Shown: in pieces, positions 51,301 to 62,645 of the stretch
How the letters are laid out: the number at the start of each line of letters is the position of its first letter
Position numbering within the stretch: position 1 is the stretch's first letter
Source: Ylistrum balloti
Taxonomy: Eukaryota
Direction of reading: 5' to 3'
Length of the DNA: 64,000 bases
Assembly: GCF_031769215.1 (NCBI RefSeq)
Contig: NW_026782413.1
Coordinates: forward strand, 310,001 to 374,000
Notes under the pieces: generated by a model
What the model was told of the DNA's origin: nothing
Databases searched by the model: none
The model's input: only the letters and a program-made list of their open reading frames with translations
Program-made: the position numbers and the translations under genes

Positions 51301-54300
51301 GAGGGCCCTCACCCCTATCTATGGTGGACCTAAAGAGGACCCACAACTCTATTTATGGTGGACCTAAAGAGGGCCCTCACCCCTATCTATGGTGGACCTA
51401 AAGAGGGCCCTCACCCCTATCTATGCTGGACCTAAAGAGGACCCACAACTCTATCTATGCTGGACCTAAATAGGGCCCTCACCCCTATCTATGCTGGATC
51501 TAAAGAGGGCCCTCACCCCTATCTATGGTGGACCTAAAGAGGACCCACAACCTTATCTATGGTGGACCTAAAGAGGGCCCTCATCCCTATCTATGGTGGA
51601 CCTAAAGAGGACCCACAACTCTATCTATGGTGGACCTAAAGAGGACCCACAACCCTATCTATGGTGGACCTAAAGAGGGCCCACACCCCTATCTATGGTG
51701 GACCTAAAGAGGGCCCTCACCCCTATCTATGGTGGACCTAAAGAGGACCCACACCCCTATCTATGGTGGACCTAAAGAGGACCCCCACCCCTATCTATGG
51801 TGGACCTAAAGAGGACCCCCACCCCTGTCTATGGTGGACCTAAAGAGGACCCCCACCCCTGTCTATGGTGGAAGAGGACCCCCAAAGAGGGCCCTAAAGA
51901 GGACCCCTATGCACCCCTATCTATGCTGGATCTATAGAGGGCCCTCACCCCTGTCTATGGTGGACCTAAAGAGGACCCCCACCCCTGTCTATGGTGGACC
52001 TAATCAGGACCTAAAATCTGTTGACAATAAATAATGTTAATTACATGTCACTTTTCCAGTAATACCTCAGTCTATCCGTAGCTGTTTTGCCATGTCACTG
52101 TGGCTGGTCTGCTTTCCTTGTAAAACCTCACGTAGCTTGCCTATCATTGCCCGGTCAAGTTCCTGGGGGTTGGCCCTATTTGGGTCATCCATCTGTTTGA
52201 TCACAGCCTCTAGTACTCCCTCACTTGGGCCATTCAGAATGAAATGTTCAAGGATCCTGTATCACATCAAATAAACAGGATAATACTTTATTTCTGAAAC
52301 CAAAACATATCTAGATTTTTTCTTTTGATTTTATTACACAACTACAACAGTAATACTCTCACCCCAACATGTAGATACAAAAAATTTATACCTCAACTTG
52401 TTTCAGTCCAGTTAACCTCACTGTATTATGTATGGCCTTGAATTAAAAAAATCAATTTCCCTTAACATGTATCATTATTTGTCATGCCTCATCTCCTTAC
52501 TGTGTATCATAACGGTTATGGGCCTTTACAAACATACATATGTAAAGTGACCCAGTTACCAAATCAATCAACATTTTCACAAAAAATTACCGACATGAAC
52601 ATCTAAACATGGCCAAAAATATTTCTGTACAGTTTCACTAAAATTGGTTCCAAAGTTTAAGAGAAGTCTGGACAAGATCACTGGAATCATAGGTCTTATT
52701 TGGTTACCATGGCAACTGTTGACATTGGATATTTTGAATAACGGTACCATTGTAAATACCATTCTTCAAAACCTTTATATATTAATTTTCAGCAGGATCA
52801 GACAATACATTATGATGTTTCTCAATTTTGACCAATCAAAAGCCTTCGTTATGTTTCCACAGTAACATCCCCTACTATAGTAACATTACCTTGCTGCACA
52901 CAGTGCCACTACTACGGTAAAGTCAGACTCCTGAGTGATACGGACAACCTCTTCAGCTATGTTTAACATCTTGGGATGACCAGCATACATAGCTACCACT
53001 GGGACAATACGAAGAACACAGTCTATCTGTTCATCTGTAGGTGACCCTGCCAAAACAATTAGAAAAACACATAAACCGGGTCAAATTTACTGATTAACTT
53101 CTAACAAAGGTATATAGAAACCATGTAGGTATGAAGAGAAGCTGAATAAGCATTTATCAAGCAGGAAACGTTCTTTACAGGTACATGTATTAACCACTTA
53201 TATAGAACTGGTTTATAAACCTAGGATATTTACTGTCAATAAAAGCATGTTTAGAAAGTAATTTACCTGTTTCTTCTTTGCCTGCCTTATGATTAGCTAG
53301 GAACTCTTTTATGCTGAAGTGTCTCCAGGGCCCTTTGATAGGAAATGTCTTTTTCACAGCATCTATTGTAAAAGATTTATAAACCTCAAGATCTATGATA
53401 TACATCTGACTCAATAGTTAACGAGATACATCAAACTCAACAGTTTACTGAATATATCTGACTCAACAGTTTACAGAATATGTGTGACTCAACAGTTTAC
53501 AGAAAAAATCTGACTAAACAGGTAGCAAATTATGTTTTATCTATACTTGTATGTATAAAATTTGCATGGCAGACACATATTGTAGTATCATATATTTATG
53601 ATTTACCTACCTGACTTGTCTTTATAGGCAGCATTGACTACATGTTCATAGTCAGACTCTGGTCCAAAGAATGTATACGTAGCATTCTTAAGTGACTGAA
53701 TGTCCAATCCTACAAAAGACACAACATGTTGTAAACTTAGGCTTTAAAACACTTGTCACATATATTCAACCAAATAAAATGTTTCTTCCGGATGTTGAGA
53801 ACAGGAAATCCTAGGAAATTCCTGGATGAATCCCCAGGAAATTCTATATAGGATAATCCAGAGAAAAACATTAGGAGTATTTAACAGCACATGTGAGCCA
53901 TCAATACATCCAAAATTATGTTTAATGTGAAGTTTCATAGCAAAAATATTTCTGTCCCTCTACATTACATATCTTAAATCATTAGATACTAAGAAAAAAT
54001 ATTGTCAACTCCAGAAATCAATGAATAATACCCCAAATGATTGTATTTGTGTTCATAATTGTTCCTGCGAGTATCTATGTCAAATTCCCTTGTAGTTTGT
54101 AACACAATATATTCATGGCGACTGTTCCCGACATCAACACCCCTAAAACTAAAATTGTAATTCCTGATATTATGCGTTTTTTTCCCTGATTTTCTATGTA
54201 GTTGGTAGTGATTGATTGAATGAATGATTGATACTGTGAAAGCCGATCGCTTGATGCCGAGACCTGTACCTTTATTCTCCACTAATGATTTCAGAATTAC

Positions 54301-56110
54301 ATAGGCTTGGTCTCCATATCCACTCTGTCGGCCTGTTGGTATGCAGTAAAAAGGATTGGCAGAAGGCTCCCAGAATGTAATGTCTTCTGTTTCACCAATC
54401 AGATTATCCAGTTTATTTTTGTCATATATCCAGTGAAGTGGCTGAGCTGTTGATGAAAGATTTAGATTGTGACAAAACCCTACATTGTAACTATAAAACT
54501 TGATAATCTGAAGATCAAATGGGCATAAATGAATATTTCAAAACAGTTTCATTCATGTTATGATGACTTATCAGATCTACGTGACAGCATGAACAGCATT
54601 TGATTTTATCATATCTGGATGCTGGGACAAAAAGATTTTTGAATGGGATCAATATGGGCATACCATCAATCCATCACCCTTCGCTCATAATTCTAATCAA
54701 GTTTGAAATATCTCCATTGGAAATTAAACAAATTATGATCAAAAATCTATTTTTCCTATATAAGCTAAAGTAAAAAATTGTAACCACTCCCCACAGGGAA
54801 ATGTGAGACCCTGGGGCCATGAAACTCACAATTTTGGTAAAGCACTTTAAGATACTTCCATCCACTAAGAGAATTTGATTCTACCATATCTAAGCATTGA
54901 GAAGAAGATTGTTGAAAGTTTAGTCAATTTGACCCTTTTGATCCTGCCCTTCATGCCTTTGTTGGATGGTTACCATATAATTCAGTATTATGGTTAATCT
55001 TAAGCCAGGGAAGGATTCTGCAAAATTTCATTAAAATCAGTTCTAGGGTTTCTAGGGTGAAGAAGTCAAAAATGCATAACTGTTAACCGATGCAGGACAC
55101 ACAACGCTGGAGGTGATCGCAACAGGTCACTCTGTTAAAACAACACACACAGGTACCTTAAATGTTATAACAACACACTGCCCTATTTGTGTACATGTTT
55201 TTGGGACAAACAGGACATAGATTTTTTCAGTTTTGGGACAAACAGGATTAAACCCTCTGATGAGACTTTGTGTTAGGTGACCTAATAACAAGTCAATCCG
55301 TTCATGTATGTAATCTTACCTTCTACAAGGTATAAGGTCAATTTCTGGGTCATTTTACACCTATGACCTACTGTTCAGTGTTACCTAATGCAGGAATGTA
55401 TAATAAACTCTCCTCTCCTTACAGTTGTTATCTTATCCTATCTACACATACCTGTACCTCTTTGATGTATAATCAATGTGGACCTAGCAATTACCAACCT
55501 GAATAAAGCTATTTGTCCGCCAGTGAGAAGTGAATCTCATTTTTATATATATTTTTAAAAAAATACAAATAGATTAAAGTGACAAATCACAAATGTTACA
55601 CAAGTTCTTTGGAAAATTACTCAGCTTTTTAATGTCATTTATTTAAAGATGATTTTCTCCATATTTCGGACAGAAAGTGGTTTACAATATGGGGTGGTAT
55701 TTCAGCTGTAAGGAGCTTCAGTATGCATTTTGTTTTACAGATATCAAAAGTCAACAGAGATTATTTTCACAAAAGTTAACACAATCAATTTGAAAATTCT
55801 AACGTTGCTTATTTTGAAAATATCAGTTATGTATTTTTGAAGAAAAAATATTTCGTGTAAACAGCAAGGCTAGTTAACCTAAACTTCTTCGCTAAAGCGT
55901 TATAAAGAGATATTGGTAGTTTACCGTTTGTTATTATACGTCTCTGTACGTAATATCTATATCTAATTACTTTAAACAGCCAATTCTACATCTACCAAAC
56001 ACATGAAAGCGCTACATTGTAGCACTACATCACAGTTGTATATTACCAGCAGCATCGGCCACCACAGCCCCGAGGACGGCAGCTGTCCGTCGCCCCTCCA
56101 CTGAACACAT
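48330..56110 (-). CDS. SELENOJ: Selenoprotein J (ADP-ribosylglycohydrolase / J1-crystallin family), 7 exons, 318 aa, with in-frame UGA = Sec
   Basis: Exons 56047-56110 (MCSVEGRRTAAVLGAVVADAA), 54270-54446 (AQPLHWIYD...SANPFY...GRQSGYGDQAYV), 53267-53392 (FPIKGPWRH), 52890-53046, 52066-52256 (...QLRID-TGA-G), 49193-49332 (MPGSFQLALHGV...GGCNSSRAGFIGACLAAQ), 48330-48431 (YGVDVIPDEWKEK...TAG). Total 957 nt, all phases consistent, and a SECIS lies downstream. Confidence 0.92.
48450..49192 (-). repeat. Intron 6 of SelJ built from tandem copies of the exon-6 3' end plus splice donor (68+29 = 97-bp higher-order unit)
   Basis: Plus strand acttacctgagctgtgagacaggcccctatg repeats versus the real junction acttacttgagcggcgagacaggcccctatg at 49187-49217. 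Confidence 0.9.
49445..50112. repeat. 36-bp minisatellite with a ~245-bp higher-order duplication (SelJ intron 5)
   Basis: Unit ggacctaggttatccatactggagctaccataacca; the block starting ggacctaaagag occurs at 49567 and 49812. It explains ORFs 49590..49832 and 49835..50089. Confidence 0.93.
50135..52015. repeat. 34-bp minisatellite (about 55 copies, SelJ intron 5)
   Basis: Unit atggtggacctaaagagggccctcacccctatct; period 34 (50164 vs 50198). Confidence 0.96.
52540..52810. mobile_element. Possible Helentron-associated repeat remnant in SelJ intron 4
   Basis: aaattggttccaaagtttaagagaag and ggttaccatggcaac blocks resemble the family seen at 45690-46200 and 54560-55140. Confidence 0.3.
54560..55140. 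mobile_element. Probable Helentron-associated repeat remnant in SelJ intron 1
   Basis: ccctggggccatgaaactcacaattttggtaaag...tttgacccttttg...ccatataattcag...ggacacacaacgctggaggtgatcgcaacaggtcac has the same architecture as 4870-5340. Confidence 0.45.
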
Positions 56111-56189
56111 CTCCACACAAATGTCAAATCACGCTAACACAGTTGTCGTTCCTAACTCAATTAGGTCACATAATATATACGTCTCTGGT

Positions 56190-56220
56190 ACCACCAATAT
56201 AGAAAAAAGTGGCGGGAAAT
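56190..56220. promoter_or_regulatory. Candidate SelJ proximal promoter motifs (CCAAT box, E2F-like site)
   Basis: CCAAT at 56194-56198 and GGCGGGAAA at 56211-56219, 85-110 bp upstream of the ATG. Motif match only. Confidence 0.3.
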
Positions 56221-57421
56221 ACAAGTTTTTCACTACGAACTTAATGCTTTCTATTTTTACTATTTCCAAAAGAATTAGGACATCCTGAATCAGGGCCGGC
56301 GATTCTAAAACCTATCGACGTTTAACTTTATTCAGAATCAAGGCCAGCGATACTAAAACCATATGACATTGCTTTGTTTTAATTCAATGACACACACACT
56401 ACAAAGCAATAGAGATAATTTCTGTCTCTTAACTGATTTTTTTTAAAATACAAATATTCACATTTATTAATTAGTAAAATGTAAATACTGAAAAATGTGA
56501 TTATTGACATTAAATGACAGAAAATGTTGATCTAGAGGCCAAAAAGATTATATCTACGTGTCTAGATCGGTTAATGGTTACAGCTACATTTATATCTACA
56601 TTTCTGTAGTACTGTGATCAGCTGTGTTTTCTTTATCACATCTGTACTCTTATCATATATTACGTGTGTTTGTTTTTTTCTCTCTCTCTTAAAATACTCT
56701 TTATCAGTGTAGTAACGCCCGTTACGTACATTTTGTGCTTCGGATTCGTTAAATACAACTAACGTCTTTGTTTCTTGTTTAGATACTTATCCGATGAAGT
56801 CCCTGTATCCAGTATTGGAGTGAGCCAAAACGTAAGGTGAATTAAATCCATTCATTTATCGATGACTTACAGAAATTGTAGTACGGTCTTGCTGTTTGTC
56901 ATGTTTTAGATACATAACCAATGTTGGTGTTTTTTTCTCCGCGTGATCCGTTATTCTTGTGTATTTATTTATTTATTTATTTTTACAAATTATGTGTTGG
57001 AGACTAACAGGCCTATAGATCCCTGAAGCTTTCTTATTCGCCTTTTTATGAATCGCTTATTTTCAAACTAACTGTTAAGAATTCCACACGATGCATGGTG
57101 TTTGGAGTTATATTATGGTCTGAAATATCTATGTTTAAGACAGTGATCATATCTGCTGTTTCTTTTGGGGTGATTATTGTCAGAACCTGGAAATTTTGAA
57201 TGATTTAAGGTTAGAACTAACTTAAAAATCAGTACAGTTATCATTGTATAGATGAATTTATATCAATATAATATTTAAGTTTAAGATGCTGTAGTCTGCT
57301 CTCTGCTGAGTAATTTATCTATCAAGCCGATTGGTGATTGTCATTGTGATTGTGATATCTCCTACAAAATTATTGATGATTTTTGTGACGTAATTCAATG
57401 AAGAAAACACAGGTTATAGCA

Positions 57422-57787
57422 TTCCAGTGTGATGTCACTATCTGCCTTGATCCAGTGTGATAGCACTATCTGCCTTGATCCAGTGTGATGTCACTATCTA
57501 CCTTGATCCAGTATGATGGCACTATCTACCTTAATCCAGTATGATGGCACTATCTGCCTTGATCCAGTGTGATGTCACTATCTCTCTTGATTCAGTGTGA
57601 TGGCACTATCTGCAATGATCCAGTGTGATGACACTATCTACCTTGATTCAGTGTGATGGCACTATCTGCCTTGGCCCAGTGTGATGGCACTATCTGCCTT
57701 GGCCCAGTATGGTGGCACTATCTGCCTTGATCCAGTGTGATAGCACTATCTGCCTTGATCCAGTGTGATAGCACTATCTACCTTGAG
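57422..57787. repeat. 28-bp minisatellite (about 13 copies)
   Basis: Unit ccagtgtgatggcactatctgccttgat. Confidence 0.95.
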
Positions 57788-59123
57788 TACACCATCATTT
57801 GTGTACACAAGTTCGTAGCTGCTGTCATGGCACAAGACCCAAATAAGCGAAAATTACAGATATAGGCACGTTTCTCTTTAAAGTTTCTAAAATTGTTAAA
57901 CATTTCTTTTAGCTACATTGTATTTATCGTAAAAGTTTATGTTTATATTTTGTATAACGTCATGTTAACAGCCAGTGTCATTTATGAACACTCCCAGGTG
58001 TACGCGAGTTGAGTGTGAATGTTGAGTGCACGTGTTTTAGGGAGGGTACGATATGTTCGTGTAAGCCTCGCTTTTACAGTGCGATACCCCAGACACGGGA
58101 GGAGTCACGGAGACGGAAGACCTGTCAATCAATCAATCAATCGACCAATTTAAAAAGTCCTATATATCTCGACCAGGTAGAATGACCCAAAATCTTTCTC
58201 AAAGAGACCAAAAGCGAGTCAGGGAGATATTAGAAAGAAGAAAGACATGTAGAAAAATAAATGATATAAAGTTTTTGTCGCCTCTTACCATCTTGCCAAT
58301 ATGGGCTATCGGTGCAATTCTTCGTAGTCATATTGATGTTACGAGTAAGTTACTATCAACGTCAGTGAAGTATTGTAAAGTTATAAACAGCGTAGAGAAT
58401 TCTTTTGATTTTATTATGAAGAGATATTACCTTTTAAAACATAAGTGAATCTTCCTTATATGGAGGGGAGGATATAGAAACCATCCCATTGACAATCTTC
58501 ATGCACAGGTCATATTGACGACATAAACACAAAATTATGTAGTTTGTGGAAACGCTGCATGCTATAGACACCGGAATCTGTATTTGGGGAAACACAAAAA
58601 AATCTTATTTCTATATCAAAAATACTAAAAGATGAAAATAAAATGAAAACAAAAACAAAAACAAAAAAGCCAAACAAACAATACAGACAAAAGCTATGAT
58701 ATGTAACAATTTTATTCTATATCACGTACACTTGTATTGCAATGAGAACCATATATGTATATGATAAAACTATGAAAAAATGAACCAACATAATTATATT
58801 GATATGAGTATATAACTACAGGGCACAGAATAGGTACAGTGAACATGTAGCTTCCTGTGGTAAACAATATCTTTCTATATCAATATATCATCTTGAAATA
58901 ATTCTTTGAACAAATTTTCTGGTATTTTACAGAGCTACTCTTTTTGGGATTTTTTTACATAAATTTTCCTCTCTCTTTCACAGAAATTTTACTTTCTTGT
59001 TTGTAGAAAGTTTCCTGTAATGAAACTCCATGTTTTGTAGTTCCTTGATGACCTTCATGCTCCAGATGTGAACATTGTATGATGTTTCTTGGCTATGTCA
59101 TTTTATAAATTTTATAAAAATAT

Positions 59124-60766
59124 TCATTTCTTCTTTTTCTTTCCGCCTTTCTTTCCTCCTTTCTTTCCTCCTTTCTTCCCTTTCTTTCCTTTTTTCCCCT
59201 TCCCTGATTTCTTTTTTTTAGTAGCACCATCTGGAAGTGCCCATTCTGGTACTTCCGGAACCTCACTGATTTCTTCCACTTCTGGCATTTCACCTTTCTT
59301 GGCGTCTCGAATGACATCCCAAGCCTCTGACGAATAACGTGCCAGGTCGATCGGGCTCACACCTGCAACAGTCTTTGCCTCTAAATTGGCTTTAGCCAGC
59401 ACCAGATGTTTAACAGCATCCGCGTGGTTACCTGTAATAGAGGTTGATAATGATACATCTTTACTAGCAGTCACTTACAGGTAACCCCTTATAGGTAACT
59501 ACTCACAAGTATCAACTCAGGTAACTACTTACACATAACCACTCACAGGTAACCACTCACACATAACCACTCACAGGTAACCACTTACACATTACTACTC
59601 ACAGGTAACCACTTACACATAACCACTCACAGGTAACCACTTACACATAACAACTCTCAGGTAAAAACTTACACATAACCACTCACAGGTAAAAACTTAC
59701 AAATAACCAATCGTAGGTAACCACTTAGAGGTAACCCCTCACAGGTAACTACTCACAGGAAACAACTCAGTTAACCACTCATAGGCAAAAAACAGGTAAC
59801 CAACCATAGGCACATGTATCTAGTTACGGGCAATTCATCATAGGTAACCTCCTACATGTAAACCATCCACAATACACCAAATATAGGTAACATATAACAG
59901 GTAACCATTAACAGGTAAATACTCAGATAACTTGTCACGGGTACATGTAACCCACCGATGATAACCGAAATTAAGTAGTCTGTATGTAGATTTTGTCCGG
60001 AATATTGGCGAACAAATATGTACTAAAAGGTTTGTACCGGTATTTCTAACAAACTGGTGGAAAATGTTCTAAGGTGTGACAAGCTAGACCGATACCCCAC
60101 CGACAAGTCAGTACTCACCCCTGGCAGCCAGATGGAGCGGTGTAACTAAGGATCCCACCACTACGTTGACATTGGCACCAGCCTCTATCAGCAATCTGAC
60201 GATCTCTGCATGACCACCTAGTAAAGTCGTGAATATGGGTGTTATATGCAAGCACATCAAATGAAAGTCGTTATATATCCATACACAATGTAATCTTGCA
60301 TGTACGTGTAGGTATTTTAAAAAGTTATCAAATGTTATCTTCGTGTTTTGTTAAATTATTTCAATATTTAGTCAACGGATGGACAAAAAAAAAACATCTC
60401 CATAGATATGGTACTATATTCTCCTGCGTGTTTTTAAAACGCATGTTTATAGTTGGTAGACGGAACTGAAAAGCTGAATAGCTCGAAAAGCCCATAGCTA
60501 TTAACAGATCGACAAATAGACCAAGGCGAGAACCAGACTCCCGAACATCATTTAGTTTCTCCTCGTAAAAAAATTAAATAAAAAATCATCTTACCCTCTG
60601 CTGCCTTTGTTATTGCATACATCCCGGTCCCATCCTTTATGTTCGGGTTCACTTTCAGTCTCATCATCTTTTGTACAGTACTGATTTCTCCCCGTTCACA
60701 AGCCGTCACTAAGTGCGTCTCCACGTCCCTATCTATAAACAATCGGGAGAGCGATGGAGCTGCCAT
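59124..60766 (-). CDS. Small ankyrin-repeat protein with a Lys/Gly-rich C-terminal tail (3 exons, 192 aa)
   Basis: Exons 60595-60766 (LVTACERGEISTVQKMMRLKVNPNIKDGTGMYAITKAAE), 60119-60217 (99 nt; GGHAEIVRLLIEAGANVN...TPLHLAAR), 59124-59431 (GNHADAVKHLVLAKANLEAKTVAGVSPIDLA...KGGKKKKK). Phases 1/1, 579 nt in total. Confidence 0.9.
59470..59920. repeat. 14/28-bp tandem repeat in intron 2 of the ankyrin gene
   Basis: cacaggtaaccact / tacacataaccact alternate, decaying toward 59920. Confidence 0.85.
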
Positions 60767-61149
60767 ATTCTAGATTTCAAGTATGGCAGTGGTCACAAAC
60801 AAGGAAAACCCACAATCAGACACATAATTTGCTACATAGACAGACAAACACAATTCTCCAACCGTCGTTAAGTTTTTGTTTACACCGATACCGCCATGTT
60901 GGAATGACACAAAAGAGTTCCACAGGGAGTAGCTATTATTTCAAACTGTAGAGTTGTGCATTTTAAAGGTTGATTGTATGTTTCTCTAGATTTGTTTTTA
61001 AGCTGTTTGAATGTTATGCTGTAGAAGACTGTCCAATGATAATAAAAAAAATGTGATTAATTTTGAATGCGTTAAACGTGTTAACTTTCTAGAAAACATA
61101 TAAAGCGTTACATACACGTACCGGAAACAGTTTTACAAGTGTTGCATGA

Positions 61150-61990
61150 ACTTTGTAATATTATTTTAACGCATCGGTACTGCTATCACATCAAAGGATG
61201 TCTCCATCGCTTTGAATATTAGAAAATACTTAATAAGTACTGGCGTATCCTAATAATTTGTACCCACTTTTTAAAGGCAAACGTTTGCAATTGACATCAC
61301 ACTACCAAATAAATAATTAATGTTAAATTCATAATTTTTCAATACAAATCGACAGCATTAAACAAGCATTCATTTATTTTAAATTGATATTGAAGCAATA
61401 TGTTCTATCATAATCCTAAGAATTGATAATTAAACTTAGATGAATATTCTGATGTACAAGTGACTACAATTAAACAAAGAAAAAAACTTGACTTTGGAAT
61501 AATTTAGATCTTTATATGGAACACGTCATTCTCAACATTTAAAAATCTTTTTTCGTAAGTTAAATTATGTAAATATTCCCTCTAATTATATGATTGGTAA
61601 CCGGAAAACTAATCTTTCACTCGCCAAATTAAGATATCGATCAAGCATTCTAAATAATAACTTATTTCATGAGAATTTTATTTATTTTAAACTCTGTCAG
61701 TGTGGACATCATACTGAAAATACTTACCATTTCTTCTTTAACAGTAACAGGTACATAAATAAGAGCATAACATGGTATCATGAATTATCACACTAGACCT
61801 ACAACTTATTTTACGTTGAAGTCCTGAATTATCTGTTGAAGGAAACGAAAGACTTTGTCTCCACACTTAGCAGTATATTTGTGATATAAATAGATTTTGA
61901 TTTCTATACCTCTCTCTCAACCACTCCTCTCCCCTTTTATCATTTCCTCCTTACCAGCAACGCCCCTTCCTTTCCCAACATATCAAAGAT
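61150..61990 (+). mobile_element. Degraded 3' end of a non-LTR retrotransposon (CR1/L2-like)
   Basis: ORF 61590..61796 AKLRYRSSILNNNLF...LCQCGHHTENTYHFFF resembles the post-RT C-terminal CxCG...E...H.F motif of invertebrate LINEs; the flanks are frameshifted. Confidence 0.45.
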
Positions 61991-62289
61991 GTCCCTTCAA
62001 CATAATGGTATATGTAGTCATATATCAGTCAGTAAAATACACATAAATGTTTTAGTTAAATAAAGGACGGAGTCTGTGATCTTTCTCGTCTCAAACGGAA
62101 CAGAAGGAAATTAATGACTCGAGAGAAAGTAACTAAATGAAAGAATTATGAACAGTGAAAAGTCGAATGAACGGAATAGAGGAATGTTAACTAGTGCCAC
62201 ATGGGTCGAGAAAGATTTCACTTACTCAACCTAAAACATTATTCATCAAATTATTCAAAAGTTTCCGTACTTTTCTTCAAAAGTGAACA

Positions 62290-62645
62290 TGAAGATGGCC
62301 ATCACTTTCCAACCCCCTCCCCACCCCCATCACTTTCCACCCCCCCCCCCAACCCCCAATTGTCCCAGAAGTGACTTTTTGAAACGTGTAAATCCGTTGA
62401 GTTTTTTTATGGGGGGGTGGCTGGTTGCGGGTCCCATTTTTCAGTTTTCTGCATCTGTATTTTTCATATCTATATTCCCGTGATTTTATCGGTTCTACTT
62501 GCATTCTGTCGAAACTAACCTCGCCAAAGCTTCACGCCTTCGGCGCTCGCGACACACGGCTTCGCCGGCGTTGCCAGGTTTTGCACACAACCCCCCCCCC
62601 CCCCCCCCCCCCCCTCCCCAATTTTAGATCCTGGCTACGCCACTG
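62290..62645. mobile_element. GC-rich MITE remnant with a hAT-like terminus
   Basis: Ends gatcctggctacgccactg (reverse complement CAGTGGCGTAGCCAGGATC), with poly-C tracts and cttcggcgctcgcg/gcttcgccggcg internal motifs. The other end was not found. Confidence 0.4.
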
